Assembly (NCBI RefSeq): GCF_030028105.1
Contig: NC_092375.1
Span: 43,933,130 to 43,997,129 of the forward strand
Source: Mobula birostris
Taxonomy: Eukaryota
Reading direction: 5' to 3'
Length of the DNA: 64,000 bases
Shown: one piece after another, positions 23,961 to 37,399 of the stretch
Numbering within the stretch: the first letter of the stretch is position 1
Layout: every line of letters begins with the position of its first letter
Notes under the pieces: generated by a model
The model's database searches: none
What the model saw: the letters and a program-made list of their open reading frames with translations, nothing else
What the model was told of the DNA's origin: nothing
Made by a program: the position numbers and the translations under genes

Positions 23961-25702
23961 AACTTTTTCCAAAACATCTCCACTTTTTTCCCCTTCTCTT
24001 GAGCAAGCACTGTGGAGAACTATTCACTTATCTATCCCACCTGTTTCCTGTGGCTTGAGACATTTACGACCCTGCTGGTATCTGAGAGGACCTACTCTCT
24101 CTAGACACCTTTTTATTCTTTATGTAGTTGGACATCCTCTGAGAATTGTGCTTAATCTTAAGTGCCAAATCCATCTCTTATATTCTCTTTGCCCTCCTGA
24201 TTTCCATCGTTACTGTATTCTTAATCTTTTTATGGCCATCGAGAGACTTACATCTCCTCGACTTCTTAAAAGCATTGTTCACTTTCTTCTTTATCTTAAC
24301 AAGTGCAACTGGGGCATTTTATGCCCCGCTGGTGCTAGATGCTTTGTTTTCATATTACTGAGATGTTTGTGTGTTAAAAAGAACTACTTTGGCCTTTAGT
24401 ACAATGTATGATTTCATCTGTGGGAATGGTTGATTTCATAGACGGTAGAGTGAAGGAGTTCAAAATAAAACAGAGAATATTCAGTAGGTTAAGTAGCATT
24501 TGTGGGAAGGGAAACAGAGGTAACATTTCTGGTTGAAGAGTTTTAGTCAGGACTGGGAAGGAGACCAAAGACACTCGTAAAGAGGTAGGGTGGAGGATGG
24601 GAAGAAAGGGGAATGCTTCTGATAGGATAAAATGAGGGTAACCATGGAGTTAGGCTAACAATCAAAGTTATCTGGTCAGTGATTAAATGGGAGCAGTAAG
24701 AGGGTGATAACATAGACAAAGAATGGGGGAGACTGGTCATGTCCACCACTTCCAAAGAAAAGAAATAGGGAAGGAGGAAATCTGTGCTAATATTACAGAT
24801 GGGCAACTGACACAGACCAAGAAATCACATTACCTAAGGCTATAACATTCAGAATGGAATCCAAAAGATTGCAACATGCCCACACAGATTGGGTTCTTCT
24901 CTTCATGTTTGATATTTTACCTGACCATTATGTCATTGCATGGTATGCTCATTTTTCTGTGAAAGGTTTCATTTTCAGATTATTCATTGTCATACACACC
25001 GGAGTGCAATAAAACTCCTTGTCCATGTGAAGATCACAGAGTAAACAGTGCACATGGTAACAATAATAAATATAACAACAGGTGCAAACCAAAGGAACGG
25101 TGCAAAGTATAGTAGTGCAAACTGAAGTTGTCCAAGAAGAAATGCTGAATACAATAATGGAAGAGGTAGATGGACAAGGAGTTCCTAGCCAACCCAGTTA
25201 CCATTTATTCCATTGTTTAAGCTTTAATATACACCATTGCAGAAAAATACATTAGGCATCCTATGAAGATTCAGCATTAGATGTGGCATGAAGTGCAGGG
25301 TTGTTGAGAAGTGAAGGTGGCGCCAGCAAACAATATGACCAAAGCCAACGTCTTTCAGACAGTCCACAAAACTACTTCTTTCACTTTTTTTTCCTCTCAA
25401 ATGTGGTTCGGCTACTGTTGGACCCTGTGATCTACATTGCAGTGGTGTGTTTTCGGGCCAAGTCCGCAATCTGGTGCTTTGCTGTCTCCAAGGGGGTTCC
25501 ATGAGGTTTCATGCAAACTGTGCGGTCTGAAGGCCAAAAGTCCTGGAGACAGGGTGTGAGCCCACGATTCACACTGCTTCTCACCAATCTCATCGAGGAA
25601 AAATGAAATTATCTAGGCGAGAGTGGAAAGTGAGCAGGTTCAGCTCCATCTACCAGCTTCTTGCTTGGTGCTGCCAGAGCAAGGTGTCTGCATGTGACAA
25701 TT

Positions 25703-26340
25703 CTCTCTCTCACCCTCTCATCCGCTGCTCCCAGAGGGAGGTCCCGGCATTCAAATGGTCTCTCTCTCACCCTCTCATCCGCTGCTCCCAGAGGGAGGTC
25801 CTGGCATTCAAATGGTTTCTCTCTCACCCTCTCATCCGCTGCTCCCAGAGGGAGGTCCCTGCATTCGAATGGTCTCGCTCTCACCCTCTCATCCGCTGCT
25901 CCCAGAGGGAGGTCCCTGCATTCGAATGGTCTCTTTCTCTCACCCTCTCATCTGCTGCTCCCAGAGGGAGGTCCTGGCATTCAAATGGTCTCTCTCTCAC
26001 CCTCTCATCCGCTGCTCCCAGAGGGAGGTCCCTGCATTCGAATGGTCTCGCTCTCACCCTCTCATCCGCTGCTCCCAGAGGGAGGTCCCTGCATTCGAAT
26101 GGTCTCTTTCTCTCACCCTCTCATCTGCTGCTCCCAGAGGGAGGTCCTGGCATTCAAATGGTCTCTCTCTCACCCTCTCATCCGCTGCTCCCAGAGGGAG
26201 GTCCCTGCATTCGAATGGTCTCGCTCTCACCCTCTCATCCGCTGCTCCCAGAGGGAGGTCCCTGCATTCGAATGGTCTCTCTCTCACCCTCTCATCCGCT
26301 GCTCCCAGAGGGAGGTCCCTGCATTCGAATGGTGTCGCTC
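25703..26340. repeat. Minisatellite, 57/59-bp unit, 11 copies, with 173-bp higher-order periodicity
   Basis: caccctctcatc recurs at 25711, 25768, 25825, 25882, 25941, 25998, 26055, 26114, 26171, 26228 and 26285. Confidence 0.95.
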
Positions 26341-27214
26341 TCCCTCTCCCTCAAAGCTGCTGGGAGATGGTGCTGGCATCCTGGTCTTGGGCAAGGTTTA
26401 ACTGATGCGTTTTGTGAATTGGACTCTGTAGATCACGTTACGATGTGTTCCTGGTTTCTGGTCGCACTTTTTTTGTTGCTATTTTGATTGGAGTGGACCA
26501 GCTCTGCAACCTGAAGTTAACGGGCAACACAGAGCTGGATTGAACTGAACTGAGCTGAACTGAATATGTCTGGACTGGTTGGATGATTTGTAGTTTGGTG
26601 TTTTATATTCTGTGTTTTCACTTGTTTTCTTTTTTGCTGTTTGTTTGATGTGTTCTTTTTTTTGCATGTTGGGAGTTTGATGTTTTTCTTTGTGTGGATC
26701 CATGGTTATTCTTTGTTTTGTGGTTACCTGTAGGAAGACAAATCTCAGGGTTGTATATTGCACACATTCTTTGATAATAAATGTACCTTGAATCTTGAAT
26801 CTTTGAATTTATGGTTGGAAGTCTGTCAAAGAATCATACACTGCAGAGTTGTGCACTCACACGCCATGTGTTGTGGTGCAAGATCAGCAGTGGTGCAGAT
26901 AATGGAGCTGTTGCCTTACAATTTAACTAACTAGGTTTATTCCTGACTTCTAGTACTGCCTACATGGAGGTTGCATGTTCTCCCCGTGACTGTGCATGTT
27001 TACTCTGGATTTCTCCCATATCCCAGACGAGTTGCTGGTTAGGTTAAATGACTTCTGTGTACCTGCTCCTGGTGTACAGGTGAGTTGTAGAATCTCAGGA
27101 GAGTTAACAGGGATGTGAGCACGATAAAACTTTGCATAAACACAGAAATAGTGTAAATGGGTGTTTGATGCGCAGGGGATTCAGGCATGGCGAAGACACT
27201 ATGATACAGATATA

Positions 27215-28500
27215 TACTCAGTGGTCACTTTATTGGTACAGGAGGTGCCTACTAAAGTGGCCACTGATTGAATGTCCATGGTCTTCTGTTGCTATAGCCC
27301 ATCCACTTCGAAGTTTGACTTGCTGTGTGTTCAGAAATGCTCTTCTGCACACCACTTTTGAGTTATTTGAGTTACTGTCACCTTCCCATCAATTTGAACC
27401 AGTCTGGCCATTCTCCTCTGACCTCCATCACTAGCAAGGCATTTTTGCCTACAGATCTCCCTTCACTGGATGTTTTTTTTAAAAAAATATTTGTTTCTTT
27501 TTTGCACCATTCTCTGTAAACTTTGAACTCTTAAACTCTAAGAGCCTGTGTATAGAAACATAGAAAATAGGTGCAGGAGTAGGCCATTCGGCCCTTCGAG
27601 CCTGCACCGCCATTTATTATGATCATGGCTGATCATCCAACTCAGAACCCCGCCCCAGCCTTCCCTCCATACCCTCTGATCCCCGTAGCCACAAGGGCCA
27701 TATCTAACTCCCTCTGAAATATAGCCAATGAACTGGCCTCAACTGTTTCCTGTGGCAGAGAATTCCACAGATTCACCACTCTCTGTGTGAAGAAGTTTTC
27801 CCTAATCTCGGTCCTAAAAGGCTTCCCCTTTATCCTCAAACTGTGACCCCTTGTTCTGGACTTCCCCAACATCGGGAACAATCTTCCTGCATCTAGCCTG
27901 TCCAATCCCTTTAGGATTTTATACGTTTCAATCAGATCCCCCCTCAATCTTCTAAATTCCAACGAGTACAAGCCCAGTTCATCCAGTCTTTCTTCATATG
28001 AAAGTCCTGCCATCCCAGGAATCAATCTGGTGAACTTTCTTTGTACTCCCTCTATGGCAAGGATGTCTTTCCTCAGATTAGGGGACCAAAACTGCACACA
28101 ATACTCCAGGTGTGGTCTCACCAAGGCCTTGTACAACTGCAGTAGTACCTCCCTGCTCCTGTACTCGAATCCTCTCACTATAAATGCCAGCATACCATTC
28201 GCCTTTTTCACCACCTGCTGTACCTGCATGCCCACTTTCAATGACTGGTGTATAATGATGTGCATGAAAATCCCAGGAGATCAGCAGTTTCTGAGATGTT
28301 CAAAGTATCTCACCTGGCATGAACAATCATTCTATGGACAAAATCACTTAGATCATATTAATTCCCCATTCTGATGTTGGTCTGAGCAACAACTGAACAC
28401 CTTGACCTCGTCTGCATGCTTTTATGCACTGAGTGGCTGCCACAATTGACATTAATGAGCAGGTGTACTGGTGTACCTAACAAACTGGCCACTGAGAGTA
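27215..28500. mobile_element. Tc1/mariner-type non-autonomous element interrupted by a CR1
   Basis: Imperfect TIRs TACTCAGTGGTCACTTTATTGGTAC and GTACCTAACAAACTGGCCACTGAGAGTA, with TA at both ends. Confidence 0.65.
27553..28262 (-). mobile_element. Young 5'-truncated CR1 (RT C-terminus and 3' tail)
   Basis: Open 207-aa frame HQSLKVGMQVQQ..LEYCVQFWSP..LGLYSLEFRR..QRVVNLWNSLP, with tail tttctatgtttcta. Confidence 0.93.
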
Positions 28501-28664
28501 AGCGGCAAGACAAACAGAGACAAGAAATTTGCATCCATACATTCTGATAGAGAGGTTTCCAATCTAATTTGTTTCTATTATCATCTTTTGCTCTGATAAG
28601 TATACAATTTCTCATAGTCTACAAAATGGTCTGCATCCCACAGTGCTTCAGGAAGTAGCCCAAG

Positions 28665-30167
28665 AAATAGTGGATGCATTAGTGATAATTTTTCAAAACT
28701 CTTTAGATTCTGGACTAGTTCCTGAGGATTGGAGGGTGGCTAATGTAACCCCACTTTTTAAAAAAGGAGAGAGAAACCAGGGAATTATAGACCAGTTAGC
28801 CTAACATCGGTGGTGGGGAAAATGCTAGAGTCAGTTATCAGAGATGTGACAACAGCACATTTGGAAAGCGGTGAAATCATCGGACAAAGTCAGCATGGAT
28901 TTGTGAAAGGAAAATCATGTTGACGAATCTCAGAATTTTTTGAGGATGTAACTAGTAGAGTGGATAGGGGAGAACCAGTGGATGTGGTATATATTTGGAT
29001 TTTCGATAGGCTTTTGACAAGGTCCCACACAGGAGATTAGTGTGCAAACTTAAAGCACACGGTATTGGGGGTATGGTATTGATGTGGATAGAGAATTGGT
29101 TGGCAGACGGGAAGCAAAGAGTGGGAATAAACGGGACCTTTTCAGAATGGCAGGCAGTGACTAGTGGGGTACCGCAAGGCTCAGTGCTGGGACCCCAGTT
29201 GTTTACAATATATATTAATGACTTAGACGAGGGAATTAAATGCAGCATCTCCAAGTTTGCGGATGACACAAAGCTGGGCAGCAGTGTTAGCTGTGAGGAG
29301 GATGCAGGGTGACTTGGATAGGTTAGGTGAGTGGGCAAATTCATGGCAGATGCAATTTACTGTGGATAAATGTGAGGTTATCTACTTTGGTGGCAAGAAC
29401 AGGAAAACAGATTATTATCTGAATGGTGGCCGATTAGGAAAAGGGGAGGTGCAACGAGACCTGGGTGTCATTGTACACCAGTCATTGAAAGTGGGCATGC
29501 AGGTACAGCAGGCAGTGAAAAAGGCGAATCGTATGCTGGCATTCATAGCAAGAGGATTAGAGTACAGGAGCAGGGAGGTTCTACTGCAGTTGTACAAGGC
29601 CTTGGTGAGACCACACCTGGAGTATTGTGTGCAGTTTTGGTCCCCTAATCTGAGGAAAGACATTCTTGCCATAGAGGGAGTACAAAGAAGGTTCACCAGA
29701 TTGATTCCTGGGATGGCAGGACTTTCATATGATGAAAGACTGGATCGACTAGGCTTATACTCTCTGGAATTTAAGAGGGGGGATCTGATTGAAATGTATA
29801 AAATTCTAAAGGGATTGGACAGGCTAGATGCAGGGAGATTATTCCCGATGTTGGGGAAGTCCAGAACGAGGGGTCACAGTTTGAGGATAAAGGGGAAGCC
29901 TTTTAGGATCGAGATGAGGAAAAACTTCTTCACACAGAGAGTGGTGAATCTGTGGAATTCTCTGCCACAGGAAACAGTTGAGGCCAGTTCATTGGCTATA
30001 TTTAAGAGGGAGTTAGATATGGCCCTTGTGGCTAAAGGGATCAGGGTGTACGGAGAGGAGGCAGGTACAGGGTTCCGAGTAGGACGATCAGCCATGATCA
30101 TACTGAATGGCGGTGCAGCCTCAAAGGGCCGAATGGCCTACTCCTGCACCTATTTTCTATGTTTCTA
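28665..30167 (+). mobile_element. Young 5'-truncated CR1 (RT domain to 3' tail)
   Basis: [21 protein letters not shown] and a 303-aa C-terminal frame, with tail tttctatgtttcta at 30167. Confidence 0.93.
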
Positions 30168-33100
30168 AAAAAGTAATTTTGTATCTGCAGTTGTGAATGC
30201 CTTGGACCACATCTAATAAACCAATGTATAAAGAACGTCTTGAAATGTGTCTGTCTTCATCTTTACTGACAGAGTGGTAAGCTTGGTCACCTTTCATCAG
30301 ACAACATCTTATTAAACAGGAGGAGGCAGGAGAACACTGGTTTGCGTGGCCAAAGTAGAACCCTGGGTTAAATTTAAAAACAGCTGAGAGTTGAATCAAT
30401 GAATGCACAGTTGAAAGAAGTTATACTTACTATAAATTCTGATGTAAAATTGCTTGATTTACCTACCACACAGGACATGCTGTCTTCACGCTGCTGCCTT
30501 CAGGAAGAAAGTACCTCAGGACTCACATCACCAGGTTCAGGAACAGGTATTACTCCACAACCACCCCTTGACCCAAAGGGAATAACTTCACTTGCCCCAT
30601 CATTGAAACGTTCCCACAACCAATGCCACACTTTCACGACTTTTCATCTCACATTCCCGATATTTATTGCTTTTTGATCATTTTTAAATTATCATTATTA
30701 TTTCTCTCTACCTACATTTGCACAGTTCATTGTCTTTTGCACATTGGTTGAAAGGCCAATTTGGCGCAGTCTTGTTTCTATTATGGTTATTATTCAATGG
30801 ATATTCTGGGTATGCCTGCAAGAAAATGAATCTCAGGGTTGTAAATGTACTTCATTAACAAATTTACTTTCAACTTCAAAGACCAATGTTTAGATTTTAT
30901 ATTATTCTACAGCTGAGTCTTGCTAAAATGTGATTTTCTTGAATTGAGGAAGATGGAATCATCAAGAACCAGGTTGACTTTGTAAGTGATTAGATACGAT
31001 CTAAGAGATAAAAGGTAATTAAACCCTTTTATTTATTGGTTGGAGAAAGCAGCGTTCACTGTTTGTTTTCCATGCAGCATGCCAAATAATTGCAAAGTTC
31101 CCAGCCTGGGTCATTTTTCCCCTTTGGGGTGTGAATCGGAAAATTTTAATCTGAGTAATATTCTGCAGTGATGACCAGTACCCAAAGGGATATCCCTTGT
31201 TACTAAGGAGACAGCTGGATTATTTCCTTCTTCCTAAAACAAGCTAGAATGCTGACATTCTTTAAAATGTAATGGGAGCTTTCTGTAATATGTAAAATAA
31301 TACATTGCTGGTTACTCACCTGGGATATGCTGGAAGTCCAGAATTCCTTGTGATTTATAAAATGCACTGTGACCTGGGAGTCTATTCAGCTCGAATTTAT
31401 ATCGTGACCTAAGAGTTCACGAGTCAAGTTCATCCACTTTGATCAGTAACAAAATCTATTATTACATAGGTATTTTCCTTCTATTTTACTCTCTCTGCAT
31501 CCTGTTGGTTGTGTGTAGAAAATTCTTTAAGTATTCTATAAAAGCCAGATAGCTTGGCTGTAAACAGGCCAGATTGAGTTTATACTTGAGCAGATTCTAG
31601 GTCAGGGATTTCCCTTGTGATGGTGAAAACATTTCATGATCCTGTCATTCATTTAACAACCGGCTCCATGTATCCATGGTGTCAATTATGGACAGCAGCA
31701 GTAGTTCAGGCTCATCCATGGGACGAAATTCGATGGCAATATATTCAGAATGAACTTGAGCATTGCTTGAGAGTCTTCAGGAGTTGAATTACAGATACAA
31801 GAACACAGCTGCAGTCCTTTTCTTCAGGGCTGTTTTCATAGAAACCAATGGCTGGTTCTCTCAATGTCCTTGGATTTTTTCAACCTGTCTTTCACAGCCT
31901 GAATGTCAATCTCAGTGATATGAAATATGGTTTGCAAAGTAAGTTCACTGTATCTTTCCTGCATTGGTGTTCTTTGACATTTTGTTTTAGCTCCAGTTAC
32001 AGTATTCAGTGCCTACTTAACATTGTTCCCTGGTTCTAAGTGTTCACTAAGCTGCTTCTCCCGTGAGGAACATATGTGATTCCATTTCAAAGTGGCTTAT
32101 TGTAACTATCAAATAATGGAGATGATGATCAGATTCTGATGTATTTTTCTTTATTCATTTATATGATGAAGGCATTAGTGACAAAGATCAACGTTTACTG
32201 CAACACTAACTACTTTTGAAAAGGTACTCTTCTAGTTAGGGTTTATGCTGGTAAAAAGAGATTGTAGGCAAGATCATCATCCAGAAAACTGCACAATGGA
32301 TTTATGGGCATTTGTGTATACATGCTCAGTCTACAACATTAAGGATGTACTTATGTACTGCTCTCTAAAGCAAGAAAATCTCAGTGCCTGCTTCAGATAT
32401 TGAACATTCCAGAAACTAGACTTTGCAATGATAATACAGGAGGAATTAAATCATCAGGGTGGTGTGCAACCTGCCTTTTCAAAATTCCCTCTCTTAATAC
32501 ATGAGGGTTTTGCATTTGGACCTGGAGATTTTCATGTAATTGAAGACATTAATCAAAATAACACCTGATCCTTGTATTAATCATTTCACAATCCTATTCA
32601 ATTAATTAATTCAATTATTTTTATTAATCACTTAAATACAGGAAAAGAGGAAAGGAATTAAAATGAAGTAAAATAAAATGCCTCATGTTTGCATCTTTGC
32701 AAATAATTGTAGACTGAACTTTCTTCAGTAATAATCGTAGAAACAGTATACAGCATATAGCTATGGCTATGTACACTTGTACATACCACCAAGCAGTATT
32801 TTTACTTGAAGACCTAACAGTCTTCAGATATACACAAATCACAATACTTGCTTCACAGAGTTGGTTCCAACCCGAAAAATTTACCCCACTTTAGAGACCA
32901 CTCACTGACCATGATTCAAATGAGTGGTCTTCCTGAAAATCTATCACCTCTTCCAGTTTTGTTTTCATCTACCAGAGATATAAAATCACATTGCTCTAAT
33001 TTTGGTTAATTACAGTCACTTATAGTAGGAACACTACAGCACAGAGACATGTCCTTCAGCCTATCTAGACCAGACCAATTTATTCTGTCTAGTCCCATCA

Positions 33101-33463
33101 ATGTGCCATGGCCCTCCGTGCACCTCCCATCTATACACATATACAAAATTCACCTAAATATTGAAACCAAACCTACATCTACCAATTCCACTAGCAGTGG
33201 TAATTCCTTAATCCCTTACTCCAATGCTGCAACAACACCTCTAAGGGTCTTACTATGTGACCATAAAATCCAGCAAGAAAACTAGTTTTAGTTCAACCTT
33301 AACATATATTGGATTAGCCATTTTGATTAACAAAGCTGCAAATGTTTTTAAACCAAAAAACCAGAAATAAGAAAACAGTAAGTCAAATAATATCACTGAG
33401 CAGAGAGGCATATCCAGCCATCCCTATTAAGGTTCCAAAACCGGAAAAAATAACAAACTAAGC

Positions 33464-33632
33464 AGAGAGTGGAGAGAAGGGAGGGGCAGACAGGGTGGAG
33501 AGAAGGAAGGGGCAGGCAGGGTGGAGAGGAGGGAGGGGCAGGCAGGGTGGAGAGAAAGGGAGGGGCAGGCAGGGTGGAGAGAAGGGAGGGACAGGCAGGG
33601 TGGAGAGGAGGGAGGGGCAGGCAGGGTGGAGT
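33464..33632. repeat. G-rich minisatellite, ~26-bp unit CAGGGTGGAGAGAAGGGAGGGGCAGG, ~6 copies
   Basis: Direct inspection. Confidence 0.85.
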
Positions 33633-33932
33633 GGAATGTCCATGGTAGGTTGGAGACAAAAGTTGCTCACGTAACAACTAACTTTTTAAAAAGGGCTGTT
33701 GGAGACAAAAAGGAAGTAAGTTGAATCAGTAAGATCCCAGCTGCAGAGAGAAAGGGTAAGTAAGGTTGGCCAGGGTTAAAATCTCTTCCTTTAATGTATC
33801 AAAAGAAGTAGTAACTGGTGGGAGAAATTCAACTTATGATCTGTAGACCACAAGTTCTCTGCATGTTGCTCTTTGCCTGTCTGAAATTCAAGCATCATTA
33901 AAACGGACAAGCTCCAGAGTATGAAGAGTTTA

Positions 33933-34305
33933 CAGTCATCCCTCAGTATCCGCAGGGGACTGGTTCCAGGACCACACTACCCCCCCCCCCCACCCCAGCT
34001 AGCCATCCCTTACTAGCCTTAAACTCCTTCCTCTCACTCACTACACAAGTAGCAAAACAAACTAGACACAGAGTAAACAGTGCACAACTGAGTGCTGGAC
34101 AGAGACTGAGGATCTGTGAAATGGCAGGAGGCTACAGCAGGGTATGCCCACATATCACTTCATTCACGTGGATTCGCATAATGCTCGGTGCGCAGCAAAT
34201 TCAAATTTTGCTTTTTGGAACTTCCTGGAATTTTTTTCGAGTATTTTCAATCCACGGTTGGTTGAGTCCGCGTATGCGGAACCTGTGGATACGGAGGGCC
34301 GAATG
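33933..34305. mobile_element. Tigger-like MITE
   Basis: TA|CAGTCATCCCTCAGTATCCGCAGG ... CCTGTGGATACGGAGGGCCGAATG|TA, i.e. imperfect TIRs with a TA target duplication. Confidence 0.8.
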
Positions 34306-37300
34306 TACTCTGAATCAAGTTTAGGTAAAAGATGGACATTCCTTGTTACATTTCTCCCTTGTTACATTTCCCCCAAATTCAGCCTTAGATACATCCAACC
34401 ACCGAAAGGATTTATTATAGTTAAGAAGCAATAAACTTTGGAAGTTTTGCTGCGAGCGTATGACTGTTTCGAGAAACACATCTTTTCAATTATAAATCTG
34501 ATGGCTTCTCTCCATTATCCACACGGATAAGGTGTTTTCCATCTGAAAATACAAATGGGAACAAAAGTCAACATTTATTCTGCTAATACTGTGTATACAT
34601 CAGCAGGGCTATCATAATGAAATAATCTTAAATTGATTGTAATTCTGTATCTTTTATTTAGCCTTAGATTATTTCATATTCAGGTTTAAAATAAGCATTG
34701 ATCATTCTAAAACACAGTACAACAATTGCACTCAATTTTACACTGTGCACTTCCTCAGTTTTCTGCATTCCTACCAACAAAATCGTTACCTTACCTGAAA
34801 ATTCTCAGTGATGGAAACCACTTGGTTAGTGAAAACCAGAAAACAGTTGTCAGTCATTCTGCATTACTAACAATTTCTAAAGTTTCTCATGATCTACAAC
34901 CAGATAATTGTGCCAAATTTAGTCAATCCATCTCTGCAGTACTGTATTCAAGTGGAATTATTTTCCCAAAATAGGTTCATTTGTATTTACTCAAAGTTCT
35001 ATATATGCTTAATTTAATGTACCAAGTCAAAATGGTGCCAAGCAATGATGTCTGTCAAGTTGTGGCTCAGACTTATTCCTTTGAGGCTAAGGAATGGTTT
35101 TGGGGACATTGAGCAATTACAGGTCAGGTTTGGGTTTCGGGGCATAGATGCCGGGGAGATAAAGGTTAGGGCCTGTAAATGAAGAGTGAGGGCAGGAGTT
35201 GGTGGTCATAGTCCAGGCTGAAGCACTGAGGATGAAGATCAGCTATCCCCATGGTCAAGGACTGTGGTTGGCTGGTCCCAAAGATGTAGGGTTGGTGACC
35301 CTCCCAGGCCGCCAAGCCCTGGGTTCGGAAGTCCATGCGAGTCTGGAGGTCTATGCTCAGAGTTGAACATCCCATGTGATTGGTCAACCCTGGGGTCAAC
35401 ACCAAAGGTCAAAGAGCAAAATCAGCGAGTTCAAAAATTGGGGCGTGAAGGTTGAAGCCCTGAAATTTGAAGCCCCTTGATCAGTGTGTTCGGAAGTTGC
35501 TGGCTCAACATTCGTGAGTCTAGGCTAGGGACTAGGGTTAGAGGCACAATGTCTATGCCTGCTGAGTGTTCGAGGCCAAGGACTGGGGTCAAAGGCTCAG
35601 AGGTGGCCAGTCCTGGGGTTGGAGGGGGGTGTGTGTGTGTGTGTGTGTATTGATAGGTGAGAAAGGGACTTCTCTTGCTGTGTTTTTTTGCTTTGTTGTT
35701 GGTGTTGTTGCTTGGGTTGTTCTGCTGATCATAGTGAACATACTATATTGGTGCCGGAATGTGTGGCAACACTTGTGGGCTGCCCCAACACAACCTTGGG
35801 TCGTGTTGGTTGTTAACACAAACGACAAATTTCATTGTATGCTTCGATGTACATGTGATAAATAAATTAATCTGAATCTGAATGTACTTCTTGTTTCTTG
35901 ATGTTCCTCCTCCAAAACTGTTAGAGCGTGCAACAGTTTAATCTCAGCATGCAAAAAAATCTAGTTTTTAAATTATAATTAGAAATAACAAATAAGCTTT
36001 CTAACTCAATACAAAATAAAAAGAGCAAGTGCCAGAAATGTGCTGCAGATCAGAAAAGTGGAAAAAGGATTAATATATAATTGTGAAGACCCTTTGTTGG
36101 AACTGGAGAAGGGGAGAACACAGTTTGGTGTCAAGGTATGGGATAAGTGACAGAGGGATGAACAGAACAAAGGGAGTATATAGGGTAAGAGGAGCCCAGG
36201 GTAAGATGATTCAATGGGTGCAGTTAGGAAGAGATAACAAAGTCTTCTGCTCAAAATAACCCAATGCATGATTAGGGAGCAACACTTCATCTTCTATCTG
36301 GGCATGTGCCGACTCAAAATTGAATCCTACCACTTTGGGTAACACACTTTATCCATGTAAAATCAGGCCAGGTGGCTCTGGGATATTGGTTCATTTTCTT
36401 TTGTCTGTCCATAAGCCTGACCTAGGCTTGTTCTATTGGATGGCATCTCCTTTGTGTTCTCACATTCCAACGGCTCCCATATTGTAGCTTTTATGCCATT
36501 TTCTTTGTTTTTGTTCCAACCAATACTGGGTAACAGAACACCTTCAATAGCAGCATTATAACCAAATTCCTATGATTATCTAATTGTGAACTTGTAGTGA
36601 TGCTCATTGAAGCTGCACTTATTGCGCTAGCATACCCTCATGATTCACAAGAATGATGTCCTAAAAAATGTTTTCTCTTTAGGTCACGCTAAGAGCTTCA
36701 TAAAGCCTGAACCATAGTTAAATTTACAAAGTGTGCTTCTGTCAATCATGTTCACCCGCCAGAAATGGAAGGCAGCGTCCAGACTGCTATGTGGGAAACT
36801 GGAAAAGAACAAAAACTGAGTGTGTAACAGAGGCATGTTCAGCAATGGTAAAAGCTGGAATACCTGTGAATGAATGAGGATGGTCATTTCGGACAAATCA
36901 AGTTACAACACTGGAAAATGACATTGCAATATTAACCTACAAGTGCAAATTCCAACAGAAAGTCTGGTTACAAATTCCTGATGTAATGCAATGCAATGTA
37001 ACCTGGAAACAATCACTAATATACTCAGCACAAAATTAAATCTATGTTCAATAACACTGTGCTGTTTTTCTAATGATTTACTTGAACTTAAGCCAGCTCT
37101 GCACTGACTTTAAATAACTATTGTAATTAAACATTAATCCAGTTACTTGTGAAATTGTCAAGAATTCTCCCAAAACTATCACTTAATTCTTAATAAGCAT
37201 TATTTAATTTGCCCTTTTCTTAACATTTCAAGCTGGGCTTTAATTTCTGATTTAAAAATCTATGGAATGCAATTTCTAGTGATTGTACTAAAAGGTTATG

Positions 37301-37399
37301 ATTAAATAACACAACATTACTTAAAATATTTCCAGATTTCCTCTATTTTCAGCCTTGCTCAGTTTCTACACTTTTGTTCTTCCTTTGTTTCTCCTTGTA

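Noticed and set aside
25703-26340. CRISPR-like periodic array, and 216-294 aa ORFs
   Set aside because: Units are contiguous near-identical repeats with no unique spacers and no cas genes, in a vertebrate context. The ORFs are a by-product of a 57-bp unit.
28639-28645. RSS heptamer CACAGTG (also in the 8.5-9.2 kb array and at ~11707 and ~45963)
   Set aside because: No ACAAAAACC-like nonamer at 12 or 23 bp, and no adjacent gene segment.
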